A stretch of DNA of 64,000 bases. Origin: the human T2T-CHM13v2.0 reference genome, Homo sapiens. This document shows, piece by piece, positions 12,301 to 26,700 of the stretch (the stretch's first letter is position 1; the number at the start of each line of letters is the position of its first letter). The stretch lies in assembly GCF_009914755.1 (NCBI RefSeq), contig NC_060948.1. One strand, written 5' to 3'. The notes beneath the pieces are model-generated. The model saw only the letters and a list, made by a program, of their open reading frames with translations, did not search any database and was not told the origin of the DNA. Position numbers and translations under genes: made by a program.

Positions 12301-15300
12301 ACTGTAATGGAATGGAATGGAAGGGATTGGAATGGACTCGAATGGAATGGACTGCAATAGAAAGGATTCGAATGGAATGAAAAAGAATTGAATGGAATAG
12401 AACAGAATGGAATCAAATCGAATGAAATGGAATGGAATAGAAAGGAATGGAATGAAATGGAATGGAAAGGATTCGAATGGAATGCAATCGAATGGAATGG
12501 AATCGAACGGAATGGAATAAAATGGAAGAAAACTGGCAAGAAATGGAATCGAAATGAATGGAGTGTTATGGAACGGACTCAAAAGGAATTGAATGTAATA
12601 GAATGGAGTGGAGTGAACTCGAATATAATGGACTGGAATGGAATGAAATCACATGGAATGGGAACGAATGGAATGGAATGGAAAGGAATGGAATCGAATG
12701 GAAAGGAATCGAACGGAAGGGAATGAAATTGAATCAACAGGAATGGAAGGGAATAGAATAGACTGTAATGGAATGGACACGAATAGAATGGACACGAATA
12801 CTCAAATTGAATGGACTCGAATGGAATGGAAAGGAAAGGAAAGTCATCGAATGGAATTGAATCGATTGGAATGAAATCGCATAGAATGGAGTGGAATCAA
12901 ATGGAATTGAATCGAAAGGAAAGGAAGCGAATGGACTGAAATGAAATGGAATGGAATGGAATGGAAAGTAATGCAATGGAATAGAATGGAAAGAAATTTC
13001 ACGGAATGGAATCAAACTGAATGGAATCAAATCAATGGAATCTAATCAAATGGAATGGAAAGGAATTGAATGGAGTATATTGGATTGGATGGGATTGGAA
13101 TGAAATGTACTGGAAAGGACTCGAATTTCATGAAACGGAATGGAATGAATTGGAACGGAATGGACTCGAATGGAATGGAATGACATGGAATGGCATCAAA
13201 TGGAATGGCATCAAATGGAATGGAATCGAATACAATGGAATGCTATGGAATGGAATGGAATGCATTGGAATGGAATGTCCTCTAATGGAATGGATTCGAG
13301 TGGAATGGAATCGAATATAATGGAGTCGAATGAAATGGAATTGAAAGGAATGGGATCGAATAGAATGGAATATACTGGAATGTAATGTAATGAACTCGAA
13401 TGTAATTGACTGGAATGGAATGTACATGAATGGAATGTAATCGAATGGAAAGTAATCCAATGGAATAGAATCTAATGCAATAAAATCGACTCAGATAGAG
13501 TAGAATGTAATGGAATGGAGTGCAGTGCAATGGAATGGAATGGAATGGAATGCAATGGAATGGAATGGAATGGAATGGAATGGGATGGAATGGGGTGGAA
13601 TGGTATGGAATGGATAGTAATGGACTGGAGTGAAATGGACTGGAAAGGAATGGACTCAAATTGAAAGGGCTCGAAAGGAATGGAGACAAATGAAATGGTC
13701 TGGAATGGAATGAACACGAATGTAATGCAATCCAATAGAATGGAGTCGAATGGCATGGAATATAAAGAAATGGAATCGAAGAGAATGGAAACAAATGGAA
13801 TGGAATTGAATGGAATGGAATTGAATGGAATGGGAACGAATGGAGTGAAATTGTATGCAGTAGAAGAGAATAGAATGGAATGCAAGCGAAAGGAAAGGAA
13901 TGGATTGGAATGGAATGGAATTCATTGGAATGGAAGGGAATGTAGTGTAATGGACAGGCCTGGAATAAAGTGGAATGCTACGGTCTCAAATAGAATAAAA
14001 ATGTATGGAATGGAATGCAATGAAACGGAATCGAATGTCATAGAATGTAATGGAATGCAAAAAAATGGAATCCAAAATCATTGACTGGAAAGGCTGGGTG
14101 TCGAAAGGAATTGACTCCAATGGAATGGAATCGAATGGAATGGAAGTGAATAGAATCGAACTAAATCGAATGGAATGGAATTGATAGGAACGGAATGGAA
14201 AGGAATGCAATGATTTGGCATGGAATGGAATCGAATGGCATCGAATGGAATGGAATGGAATGCAATGGAATGGAATGTATTAGAATGTAATGAACTTTAA
14301 TGGAATGTACTCGAATGGATTCGACTGGAATGGAATGTTCTGGAAGTGAATGGACTCCAATGGAATGGATTCAAAAGGAATGGAATCGTACGGAATGGAA
14401 TCTAATGGAATGGAATTAAATGGAAATGAATCAAATTGAATAGCACGGAATTGAATTGAATGGAATCTAATGAAACGGAAAGGAAAGGAATGGAATGGAA
14501 TGGAATGGGCTGGAATGGAAAGGAATCGAAACGAATGGAATGGAATCGAACTGAAGAGACTGGAATGGAATGCACTGGAATGGAAGGGAGTGTAATGGAA
14601 GGTTCTCGAAAAAAATGGAATCGAATGGAATGGAATTGAATGGAACGGAATAGAGTCGAATGGAATTGAATGGAATGGAATGGACTAGAGTGAAATGGAA
14701 TCGAACCACAAGGAATGGACAGGAATAGAATGGTCTCGAATTGAATGGAATCGTATGGAATGGCATCAAACGGAATGGAATGGACAGCCACGGAATGGAA
14801 TGCACTCGAATGCAATGGAGTCGAAACTAATGGACTGGAATAGAATGGACTCGACTGGTACGGACTCCAATGGAATGGAATCGAATGGAAGGGAATCGAA
14901 CGGAATGGACTCGAAGGGAAAAGACTGCAATGGAAAGGTCTCGAATGGAATGGAAATTAATGGAATGGAATGGAATCGAATGAAATGGAGTCAAAAGGAA
15001 TGGAATCGAATGGCAAGAAATCAAATGTAATGGAATCGCAAGGAATTGATGTGAACGGAACGGAATGGAATGGAATCCAAAGGAATGGAATAGAATGGAA
15101 TGGAATCGAATGGAAAGGACTCGAATGGAAATCACTCGAATAGAATGCAATTTAATAAAATAGGATCAAATGTAATGGAATGGAATGGAAAGGAATCGAA
15201 ACGAAAGGAATGGAGACCGATGGAATGGAATGGAACAGAGAGCAATGGTATAGAATGGAATGGAATCATCTGGAATGGAATTGAATGGAATGGAATAATA

Positions 15301-17512
15301 TGAAATGGAATGGAATGGAATGGAATGGAATGCCCTTGAATTAAATGGACTGGAATGGAATGGACTCGAACAGAGTGGAATGGAAAGTGTTGAGATAGAA
15401 TGGAATGGACTCCTTTGGAATGGTGTAGTATGCAATGTAATCGACTGGCAGGGAATCAAAAGGAATGTAATCGAATGGATTGGACTGGAATGCAATGGAC
15501 TCGAATAGATTGGAAACGGAATGCAAAGGAATGGAATGGAATAGTATGGAATGGAATGGAAAGGAATGGAGTGGAATAGACTAGAGTGGAATGGAATGGA
15601 CTGGAAAGCAATGGACTGGAATGGAACTTTCTTGAATGGACTGGAATCAAACGGAATGGAATGCAATGCAATCAAATGGCATGGAATAAAATAGAATGAA
15701 AGAGAATCAAATGGAATTGAATCGAATGGAATCGAAAGGATTGGAAAGGAATAGAATGGAATGGAATGGAATTGACTCAAATGGAATGGACTAGAATGGA
15801 ATGGATTCGAATGGAAGGCAAAGGAATGGAATCTATTGGAATGGAATGTAATGGAATGGAATGGAAGGGATTGGAATGGACTCGAATGGAATGGACTGCA
15901 ATAGAAAGGATTCGAATGGAATGAAAAAGAATTGAATGGAATAGAACAGAATGGAATCAAATCGAATGAAATGGAATGGAATAGAAAGGAATGGAATGAA
16001 ATGGAATGGAAAGGATTCGAATGGAATGCAATCGAATGGAATGGAATCGAACGGAATGGAATAAAATGGAAGAAAACTGGCAAGAAATGGAATCGAAATG
16101 AATGGAGTGTTATGGAACGGACTCAAAAGGAATTGAATGTAATAGAATGGAGTGGAGTGGACTCGAATATAATGGACTGGAATGGAATGAAATCACATGG
16201 AATGGGAACGAATGGAATGGAATGGAAAGGAATGGAATCGAATGGAAAGGAATCGAATGGAAGGGAATGAAATTGAATCAACAGGAATGGAAGGGAATAG
16301 AATAGACGGTAATGGAATGGACTCGAATAGAATGGACACGAATGCTCAAATTGAATGGACTCGAAAGGAATGGAAAGGAAAGGAATGTCATCGAATGGAA
16401 TTGAATCGATTGGAATGAAATCGCATAGAATGGAGTGGAATCAAATGGAATTGAATCGAAAGGAAAGGAAGCGAATGGACTGAAATGAAATGGAATGGAA
16501 TTGAATGGAAAGTAATGCAATGGAATAGAATGGAACGAAATTTCACGGAATGGAATCAAACTGAATGGAATCAAATCAATGGAATCTAATCAAATGGAAT
16601 GGAAAGGAATTGAATGGAGTAGATTGGATTGGATGGGATTAGAATGAAATGTACTGGAAAGGACTCGAATTTCATGAAACGGAATGGAATGAATTGGAAC
16701 GGAATGGACTCGAATGGAATGGAATGTCATCGAATGGCATCAAGTGGAATGGCATCAAATGGAATGGAATCGAATGCAATGGAATGCTATGGAATGGAAT
16801 GGAATGCATTGGAATGGAATGTCCTCTAATGGAATGGATTCGAGTGGAATGGAATCGAATATAATGGAGTCGAATGAAATGGAATTGAAAAGAATGGGAT
16901 CGAATACAATGGAATATACTGGAATGTAATGTAATGAACTCGAATGTAATTGACTGGAATGGAATGTACATGAATGGAATGTAATCGAATGGAAAGTAAT
17001 CCAATGGAATAGAATGTAATGCAATAAAATCGACTCAGATAGAGTAGAATGTAATGGAATGGAGTGCAGTGCAATGGAATGGAATGGAATGGAATGCAGT
17101 GGAATGGAATGGAATGGAATGGAATGGGATGGAATGGTATGGAATGGATAGTAATGGACTGGAGTGAAATGGACTGGAAAGGAATGGACTCAAATTGAAA
17201 GGGCTCGAAAGGAATGGAGACAAATGGAATGGTCTGGAATGGAATGAACACGAATGTAATGCAATCCAATAGAATGGAGTCGAATGGCAGGGAATATAAA
17301 GAAATGGAATCGAAGAGAATGGAAACAAATGGAATGGAATTGAATGGAATGGAATTGAATGGAATGGGAACGAATGGAGTGAAATTGTATGCAGTAGAAG
17401 AGAATAGAATGGAATGCAAGCGAAAGGAAAGGAATGGATTGGAATGGAATGGAATTCATTGGAATGGAAGGGAATGTAGTGTAATGGACAGGCCTGGAAT
17501 AAAGTGGAATGC

Positions 17513-17747
17513 TACGGTCTCGAATGGAATAAAAATGTATGGAATGGAATGCAATGAAACGGAATCGAATGTCATAGAATGTAATGGAATGCAAAAAAAT
17601 GGAATCCAAAATCATTGACTGGAAAGGCTGGGTGTCGAAAGGAATTGACTCCAATGGAATGGAATCGAATGGAATGGAAGTGAATAGAATGGAACTAAAT
17701 CGAATGGAATGGAATTCATAGGAACGGAATGGAAAGGAATGCAATGA
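17513..17747 (+). other. sY160 (DYZ1 STS) amplicon, example copy; the locus recurs in each unit
   Basis: TACGGTCTCGAATGGAATA at 17513 and AATGGAAAGGAATGCAATGA ending at 17747 match the sY160 primer pair as I recall it. The span is ~235 bp. Confidence 0.8.
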
Positions 17748-20700
17748 TTTGGCATGGAATGGAATCGAATGGCATCGAATGGAATGGAATGGAATGCAAT
17801 GGAATGGAATGTATTAGAATGTAATGAACTTTAATGGAATGTACTCGAATGGATTCGACTGGAATGGAATGTTCTCGAAGTGAATGGACTCCAATGGAAT
17901 GGATTCGAAAGGAATGGAATCTAATGGAATGGAATTAAATGGAAATGAATCAAATTGAATAGAACGGAATTGAATTGAATGGAATCGAATGCAATGGAAT
18001 CTAATGAAACGGAAAGGAAAGGAATGGAATGGATTGGAATGGAATGGGCTGGAATGGAATGGAATCGAAACGAATGGAATGGAATCGAACTGAAGAGACT
18101 GGAATGGAATGCACTGGAATGGAAGGGAATGTAATGGAAGGTTCTCGAAAAAAATGGAATCGAAAGGAATGGAATTGAATGGAACGGAATAGAGTCGAAT
18201 GGAATTCAATGGAATGGAATGGACTAGAGTGAAATGGAATCGAACCACAAGGAATGGACAGGAATAGAATGGTCTCGAATTGAATGGAATCGTATGGAAT
18301 GGCATCAATCGGAATGGAATGGACAGCCACGGAATGGAATGGACACCCACGGAATGGAATGCACTCGAATGCAATGGAGTCGACACTAATGGACTGGAAT
18401 AGAATGGACTCGACTGATACGGACTCCAATGGAATGGAATCGAATGGAAGGGAATCGAACGGAATGGACTCGAAGGAAAAAGACTGCAATGGAAAGGTGT
18501 CCAATGGAATGGAAATTAATGGAATGGAATGGAATCGAATGAAATGGAGTCAAAAGGAATGGAATCGAATGGCAAGAAATCGAATGTAATGGAATCGCAA
18601 GGAATTGATGTGAACGGAACGGAATGGAATGGAATCCAAAGGAATGGAATAGAATGGAATGGAATCGAATGGAAAGGACTCGAATGGACATCACTCGAAT
18701 AGAATGCAATTTAATAAAATAGGATCAAATGTAATGGAATGGAATGGAAAGGAATCGAAACGAAAGGAATGGAGACAGATGGAATGGAATGGAACAGAGA
18801 GCAATGGTATAGAATGGAATGGAATCATCTGGAATGGAATTGAATGGAATGGAATAATATGAAATGGAAAGGAATGGAATGGAATGCCCTTGAATTAAAT
18901 GGACTGGAATGGAATGGACTCGAACAGAGTGGAATGGAAAGTGTTGAAATAGAATGGAATGGACTCGTTTGGAATGGTCTAGTATGCAATGCAATCGACT
19001 GGCAGGGAATCAAAAGGAATGTAATCGAATGGATTGGACTGGAATGCAATGGACTCGAATAGATTGGAAACGGAAAGCAAAGGAATGGAATGGAATAGTA
19101 TGGAATGGAATGGAAAGGAATGGAGTGGAATAGACTAGAGTGGAATGGAATGGACTCGAAAGCAATGGACTGGAATGGAACTTTCTTGAATGGACTGGAA
19201 TCAAACGGAATGGAATGCAATGCAATCAAATGGCATGGAATAAAATAGAATGAAAGAGAATGAAATGGAATTGAATCGAATGGAATCGAATGGATTGGAA
19301 AGGAATAGAATGGAATGGAATGGAATTGACTCAAATGGAATGGACTAGAATGGAATGGATTCGAATGGAAGGCAAAGGAATGGAATCTATTGGAATGGAC
19401 TGTAATGGAATGGAATGGAAGGGATTGGAATGGACTCGAATGGAATGGACTGCAATAGAAAGGATTCGAATGGAATGAAAAAGAATTGAATGGAATAGAA
19501 CAGAATGGAATCAAATCGAATGAAATGGAATGGAATAGAAAGGAATGGAATGAAATGGAATGGAAAGGATTCGAATGGAATGCAATCGAATGGAATGGAA
19601 TCGAACGGAATGGAATAAAATGGAAGAAAACTGGCAAGAAATGGAGTCGAAATGAATGGAGTGTTATGGAACCGACTCAAAAGGAATTGAATGTAATAGA
19701 ATGGAGTGGAGTGGACTCGAATATAATGGACTGGAATGGAATGAAATCACATGGAATGGGAACGAATGGAATGGAATGGAAAGGAATGGAATAGAATGGA
19801 AAGGAATCGAATGGAAGGGAATGAAATTGAATCAACAGGAATGGAAGGGAGTAGAATAGACGGTAATGTAATGGACTCGAATAGAATGGACACGAATGCT
19901 CAAATTGAATGGACTCGAATGGAATGGAAACGAAAGGAATGTCATCGAATGGAATTGAATCGATTGGAATGAAATCACATAGAATGGAGTGGAATCAAAT
20001 GGAATTGAATCGAAAGGAAAGGAAGCGAATGGACTGAAATGAAATGGAATGGAATTGAATGGAAAGTAATGCAATGGAATAGAATGGTACGAAATTTCAC
20101 GGAATGGAATCAAACTGAATGGAATCAAATCAATGGAATCTAATCAAAGGGAATGGAAAGGAATTGAATGGAGTAGATTGGATTGGATGGGATTGGAATG
20201 AAATGTACTGGAAAGGACTCGAATTTCATGAAACGGAATGGAATGAATTGGAACGGAATGGACTCGAATGGAATGGAATGTCATCGAATGGCATCAAATG
20301 GAATGGCATCAAATGGAATGGAATCGAATGCAATGGAATGCTATGGAATGGAATGGAATGCATTGGAATGGAATGTCCTCTAATGGAATGGATTCGAGTG
20401 GAATGGAATCGAATATAATGGAGTCGAATGAAATGGAATTGAAAAGAATGGGATCGAATACAATGGAATATACTGGAATGTAATGTAATGAACTCGAATG
20501 TAATTGACTGGAATGGAATGTACATGAATGGAATGTAATCGAATGGAAAGTAATCCAATGGAATAGAATGTAATGCAATAAAATCGACTCAGATAGAGTA
20601 GAATGTAATGGAATGGAGTGCAGTGCAATGGAATGGAATGGAATGGAATGCAATGGAATGGAATGGAATGGAATGGAATGGGATGGAATGGTATGGAATG

Positions 20701-23700
20701 GATAGTAATGGACTGGAGTGAAATGGACTGGAAAGGAATGGACTCAAATTGAAAGGGCTCGAAAGGAATGGAGACAAATGGAATGGTCTGGAATGGAATG
20801 AACACGAATGTAATGCAATCCAATAGAATGGAGTCGAATGGCATGGAATATAAAGAAATGGAATCGAAGAGAATGGAAACAAATGGAATGGAATTGGATG
20901 GAATGGAATTGAATGGAATGGGAACGAATGGAGTGAAATTGTATGCAGTAGAAGAGAATAGAATGGAATGCAAGCGAAAGGAAAGGAATGGATTGGAATG
21001 GAATGGAATTCATTGGAATGGAAGGGAATGTAGTGTAATGGACAGGCCTGGAATAAAGTGGAATGCTACGGTCTCGAATGGAATAAAAATGTATGGAATG
21101 GAATGCAATGAAACGGAATCGAATGTCATAGAATGTAATGGAATGCAAAAAAATGGAATCCAAAATCATTGACTGGAAAGGCTGGGTGTCGAAAGGAATT
21201 GACTCCAATGGAATGGAATCGAATGGAATGGAAGTGAATAGAATCAAACTAAATCGAATGGAATGGAATTGATAGGAACGGAATGGAAAGGAATGCAATG
21301 ATTTGGCATGGAATGGAATCGAATGGCTTCAAATGGAATGGAATGGAATGCAATGGAATGGAATGTATTAGAATGTAATGAACTTTAATGGAATATACTC
21401 GAATGGATTCGACTGGAATGGAATGTTCTGGAAGTGAATGGACTCCAATGGAATGGATTCAAAAGGAATGGAATCGTACGGAATGGAATCTAATGGAATG
21501 GAATTAAATGGAAATGAATCAAATTGAATAGCACGGAATTGAATTGAATGGAATGGAATGCAATGGAATCTAATGAAACGGAAAGGAAAGGAATGCAATG
21601 GAATGGAATGGGCTGGAATGGAAAGGAATCGAAACGAATGGAATGGAATCGAACTGAAGAGACTGGAATGGAAAGCACTGGAATGGAAGGGAGTGTAATG
21701 GAAGGTTCTCGAAAAAAATGGAATCGAATGGAATGCAATTGAATGGAACGGAATAGAGTCGAATGCAATTGAATGGAATGGAATGGACTAGAGTGAAATG
21801 GAATCGAACTACAAGGAATGGACAGGAATAGAATGGTCTCGAATTGAATGGAATCGTATGGAATGGCATCAAACGGAATGGAATGGACAGCCACGGAATG
21901 GAATGCACTCGAATGCAATGGAGTCGAAACTAATGGACTGGAATAGAATGGACTCGACTGGTAAGGACTCCAAAGGAATGGAATCGAATGGAAGGGAAAC
22001 GAAGGGAATGGACTCGAAGGGAAAAGACTGCAATGGAAAGGTCTCGAATGGAATGGAAATTAATGGAATGGAATGGAATCGAATGAAATGGAGGCAAAAG
22101 GAATGGAATCGAATGGCAAGAAATCGAATGTAATGGAATCGCAAGGAATTGATGTGAACGGAACGGAATGGAATGGAATCCAAAGGAATGGAATAGAATG
22201 GAATGGAATCGAAAGGAAAGGACTCGAATGGAAATCACTCGAATAGAATGAAATTTAATAAAATAGGATCAAATGTAATGGAATGGAATGGAAAGTAATC
22301 GAAACGAAAGGAATGGAGACAGATGGAATGGAATGGAACAGAGAGCAATGGTATAGAATGGAATGGAATCATCTGGAATGGAATTGAATGGAATGGAATA
22401 ATATGAAATGGAATGGAATGGAATGGAATGCCCTTGAATTAAATGGACTGGAATGGAATGGACTCCAACAGAGTGGAATGGAAAGTGTTGAGATAGAATG
22501 GAATGGACTCCTTTGGAATGGTCTAATATGCAATACAATCGACTGGCAGGGAATCAAAAGGAATGTAATCGAATGGATTGGACTGGAATGCAATGGACTC
22601 GAATAGATTGGAAACGGAATGCAAAGGAATGGAATGGAATAGTATGGAATGGAATGGAAAGGAATGGAGTGGAATAGACTAGAGTGGAATGGAATGGACT
22701 CGAAAGCAATGGACTGGAATGGAACTTTCTTGAATGGACTGGAATCAAACGGAATGGAATGCAATGCAATCAAATGACATGGAATAAGATAGAATGAAAG
22801 AGAATCAAATGGAATTGAATCGAATGGAATCGAATGGATTGGAAAGGAATAGAATGGAATGGAATGGAATTGACTCAAATGGAATGGACTAGAATGGAAT
22901 GGATTCGAATGGAAGGCAAAGGAATGGAATCTATTGGAATGGACTGTAATGGAATGCAATGGAAGGGATTGGAATGGACTCGAATGGAATGGACTGCAAT
23001 AGAAAGGATTCGAATGGAATGAAAAAGAATTGAATGGAATAGAACAGAATGGAATCAAATCGAATGAAATGGAATGGAATAGAAAGGAATGGAATGAAAT
23101 GGAATGGAAAGGATTCGAATGGAATGCAATCGAATGGAATGGAATCGAACGGAATGGAATAAAATGGAAGAAAACTGGCAAGAAATGGAATCGAAATGAA
23201 TGGAGTGTTATGGAACGGACTCAAAAGGAATTGAATGTAATAGAATGGAGTGGAGTGGACTCGAATATAATGGACTGGAATGGAATGAAATCACATGGAA
23301 TGGGAACGAATGGAATGGAATGGAAAGGAATGGAATCGAATGGAAAGGAATCGAATGGAAGGGAATGAAATTGAATCAACAGGAATGGAAGGGAATAGAA
23401 TAGACGGTAATGGAATGGACTCGAATAGAATGGACACGAATGCTCAAATTGAATGGACTCGAATGGAATGGAAACGAAAGGAATGTCATCGAATGGAATT
23501 GAATCGATTGGAATGAAATCACATAGAATGGAGTGGAATCAAATGGAATTGAATCGAAAGGAAAGGAAGCGAATGGACTGAAATGAAATGGAATGGAATT
23601 GAATGGAAAGTAATGCAATGGAATAGAATGGAACGAAATTTCACGGAATGGAATCAAACTGAATGGAATCAAATCAATGGAATCTAATCAAATGGAATGG

Positions 23701-26700
23701 AAAGGAATTGAATGGAGTAGATTGGATTGGATGGGATTGGAATGAAATGTACTGGAAAGGACTCGAATTTCATGAAACGGAATGGAATGAATTGGAACGG
23801 AATGGACTCGAATGGAATGGAATGTCATGGAATGGCATCAAATGGAATGGCATCAAATGGAATGGAATCGAATGCAATGGAATGTTATGGAATGGAATGG
23901 AATGCATTGGAATGGAATGTCCTCTAATGGAATGGATTCGAGTGGAATGGAATCGAATATAATGGAGTCGAATGAAATGGAATTGAAAAGAATGGGATCG
24001 AATACAATGGAATATACTGGAATGAAATGTAATGAACTCGAATGTAATTGACTGGAATGGAATGTACATGAATGGAATGTAATCGAATGGAAAGTAATCC
24101 AATGGAATAGAATCTAATGCAATAAAATCGACTCAGATAGAGTAGAATGTAATGGAATGGAGTGCAGTGCAATGGAATGGAATGGAATGGAATGCAATGG
24201 AATGGAATGGAATGGAATGGAATGGGATGGAATGGTATGGAATGGATAGTAATGGACTGGAGTGAAATGGACTGGAAAAGAATGGACTCAAATTGAAAGG
24301 GCTCGAAAGGAATGGAGTCAAATGGAATGGTCTGGAATGGAATGAACACGAATGTAATGCAATCCAATAGAATGGAATCGAATGGCATGGAATATAAAGA
24401 AATGGAATCGAAGAGAATGGAAACAAATGGAATGGAATTGAATGGAATGGGAACGAATGGAGTGAAATTGTATGCAGTAGAAGAGAATAGAATGGAATGC
24501 AAGCGAAAGGAAAGGAATGGATTGGAATGGAATGGAATTCATTGGAATGGAAGGGAATGTAGTGTAATGGACAGGCCTGGAATAAAGTGGAATGCTACGG
24601 TCTCGAATGGAATAAAAATGTATGGAATGGAATGCAATGAAACGGAATCGAATGTCATAGAATGTAATGGAATGCAAAAAAATGGAATCCAAAATCATTG
24701 ACTGGAAAGGCTGGGTGTCGAAAGGAATTGACTCCAATGGAATGGAATCGAATGGAATGGAAGTGAATAGAATGGAACTAAATCGAATGGAATGGAATTC
24801 ATAGGAACGGAATGGAAAGGAATGCAATGATTTGGCATGGAATGGAATCGAATGGCATCGAATGGAATGGAATGGAATGCAATGGAATGGAATGTATTAG
24901 AATGTAATGAACTTTAATGGAATGTACTCGAATGGATTCGACTGGAATGGAATGTTCTCGAAGTGAATGGACTCCAATGGAATGGATTCGAAAGGAATGG
25001 AATCTAATGGAATGGAATTAAATGGAAATGAATCAAATTGAATAGAACGGAATTGAATTGAATGGAATCGAATGCAATGGAATCTAATGAAACGGAAAGG
25101 AAAGGAATGGAATGGATTGGAATGGAATGGGCTGGAATGGAATGGAATCGAAACGAATGGAATGGAATCGAACTGAAGAGACTGGAATGGAATGCACTGG
25201 AATGGAAGGGAATGTAATGGAAGGTTCTCGAAAAAAATGGAATCGAAAGGAATGGAATTGAATGGAACGGAATAGAGTCGAATGGAATTCAATGGAATGG
25301 AATGGACTAGAGTGAAATGGAATCGAACCACAAGGAATGGACAGGAATAGAATGGTCTCGAATTGAATGGAATCGTATGGAATGGCATCAATCGGAATGG
25401 AATGGACAGCCACGGAATGGAATGGACACCCACGGAATGGAATGCACTCGAATGCAATGGAGTCGACACTAATGGACTGGAATAGAATGGACTCGACTGA
25501 TACGGACTCCAATGGAATGGAATCGAATGGAAGGGAATCGAACGGAATGGACTCGAAGGAAAAAGACTGCAATGGAAAGGTCTCGAATGGAATGGAAATT
25601 AATGGAATGGAATGGAATCGAATGAAATGGAGTCAAAAGGAATGGAATCGAATGGCAAGAAATCGAATGTAATGGAATCGCAAGGAATTGATGTGAACGG
25701 AACGGAATGGAATGGAATCCAAAGGAATGGAATAGAATGGAATGGAATCGAATGGAAAGGACTCGAATGGACATCACTCGAATAGAATGCAATTTAATAA
25801 AATAGGATCAAATGTAATGGAATGGAATGGAAAGGAATCGAAACGAAAGGAATGGAGACAGATGGAATGGAATGGAACAGAGAGCAATGGTATAGAATGG
25901 AATGGAATCATCTGGAATGGAATTGAATGGAATGGAATAATATGAAATGGAAAGGAATGGAATGGAATGCCCTTGAATTAAATGGACTGGAATGCAATGG
26001 ACTCGAACAGAGTGGAATGGAAAGTGTTGAAATAGAATGGAATGGACTCGTTTGGAATGGTCTAGTATGCAATGCAATCGACTGGCAGGGAATCAAAAGG
26101 AATGTAATCGAATGGATTGGACTGGAATGCAATGGACTCGAATAGATTGGAAACGGAAAGCAAAGGAATGGAATGGAATAGTATGGAATGGAATGGAAAG
26201 GAATGGAGTGGAATAGACTAGAGTGGAATGGAATGGACTCGAAAGCAATGGACTGGAATGGAACTTTCTTGAATGGACTGGAATCAAACGGAATGGAATG
26301 CAATGCAATCAAATGGCATGGAATAAAATAGAATGAAAGAGAATGAAATGGAATTGAATCGAATGGAATCGAATGGATTGGAAAGGAATAGAATGGAATG
26401 GAATGGAATTGACTCAAATGGAATGGACTAGAATGGAATGGATTCGAATGGAAGGCAAAGGAATGGAATCTATTGGAATGGACTGTAATGGAATGGAATG
26501 GAAGGGATTGGAATGGACTCGAATGGAATGGACTGCAATAGAAAGGATTCGAATGGAATGAAAAAGAATTGAATGGAATAGAACAGAACGGAATCAAATC
26601 GAATGAAATGGAATGGAATAGAAAGGAATGGAATGAAATGGAATGGAAAGGATTCGAATGGAATGCAATCGAATGGAATGCAATCGAATGGAATGGAATC

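Larger units (their letters stand above)
1..15300 (+). repeat. DYZ1 sub-block A: ~7.1 kb dimeric higher-order repeat (U1~U3~start of U5; U2~U4)
   Basis: Diagnostic variants alternate between units. U1 and U3 share GAGACCGATGG, AACACAGT, CTTCGG, GAAGTGATT, GATAATAAT and ATCCGAAATC. U2 and U4 share a 10-bp deletion (GGACTGGACTCG), GATAGCAATGGTATAC, GGGGTGG and GTCTCAAATAG. Confidence 0.9.
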
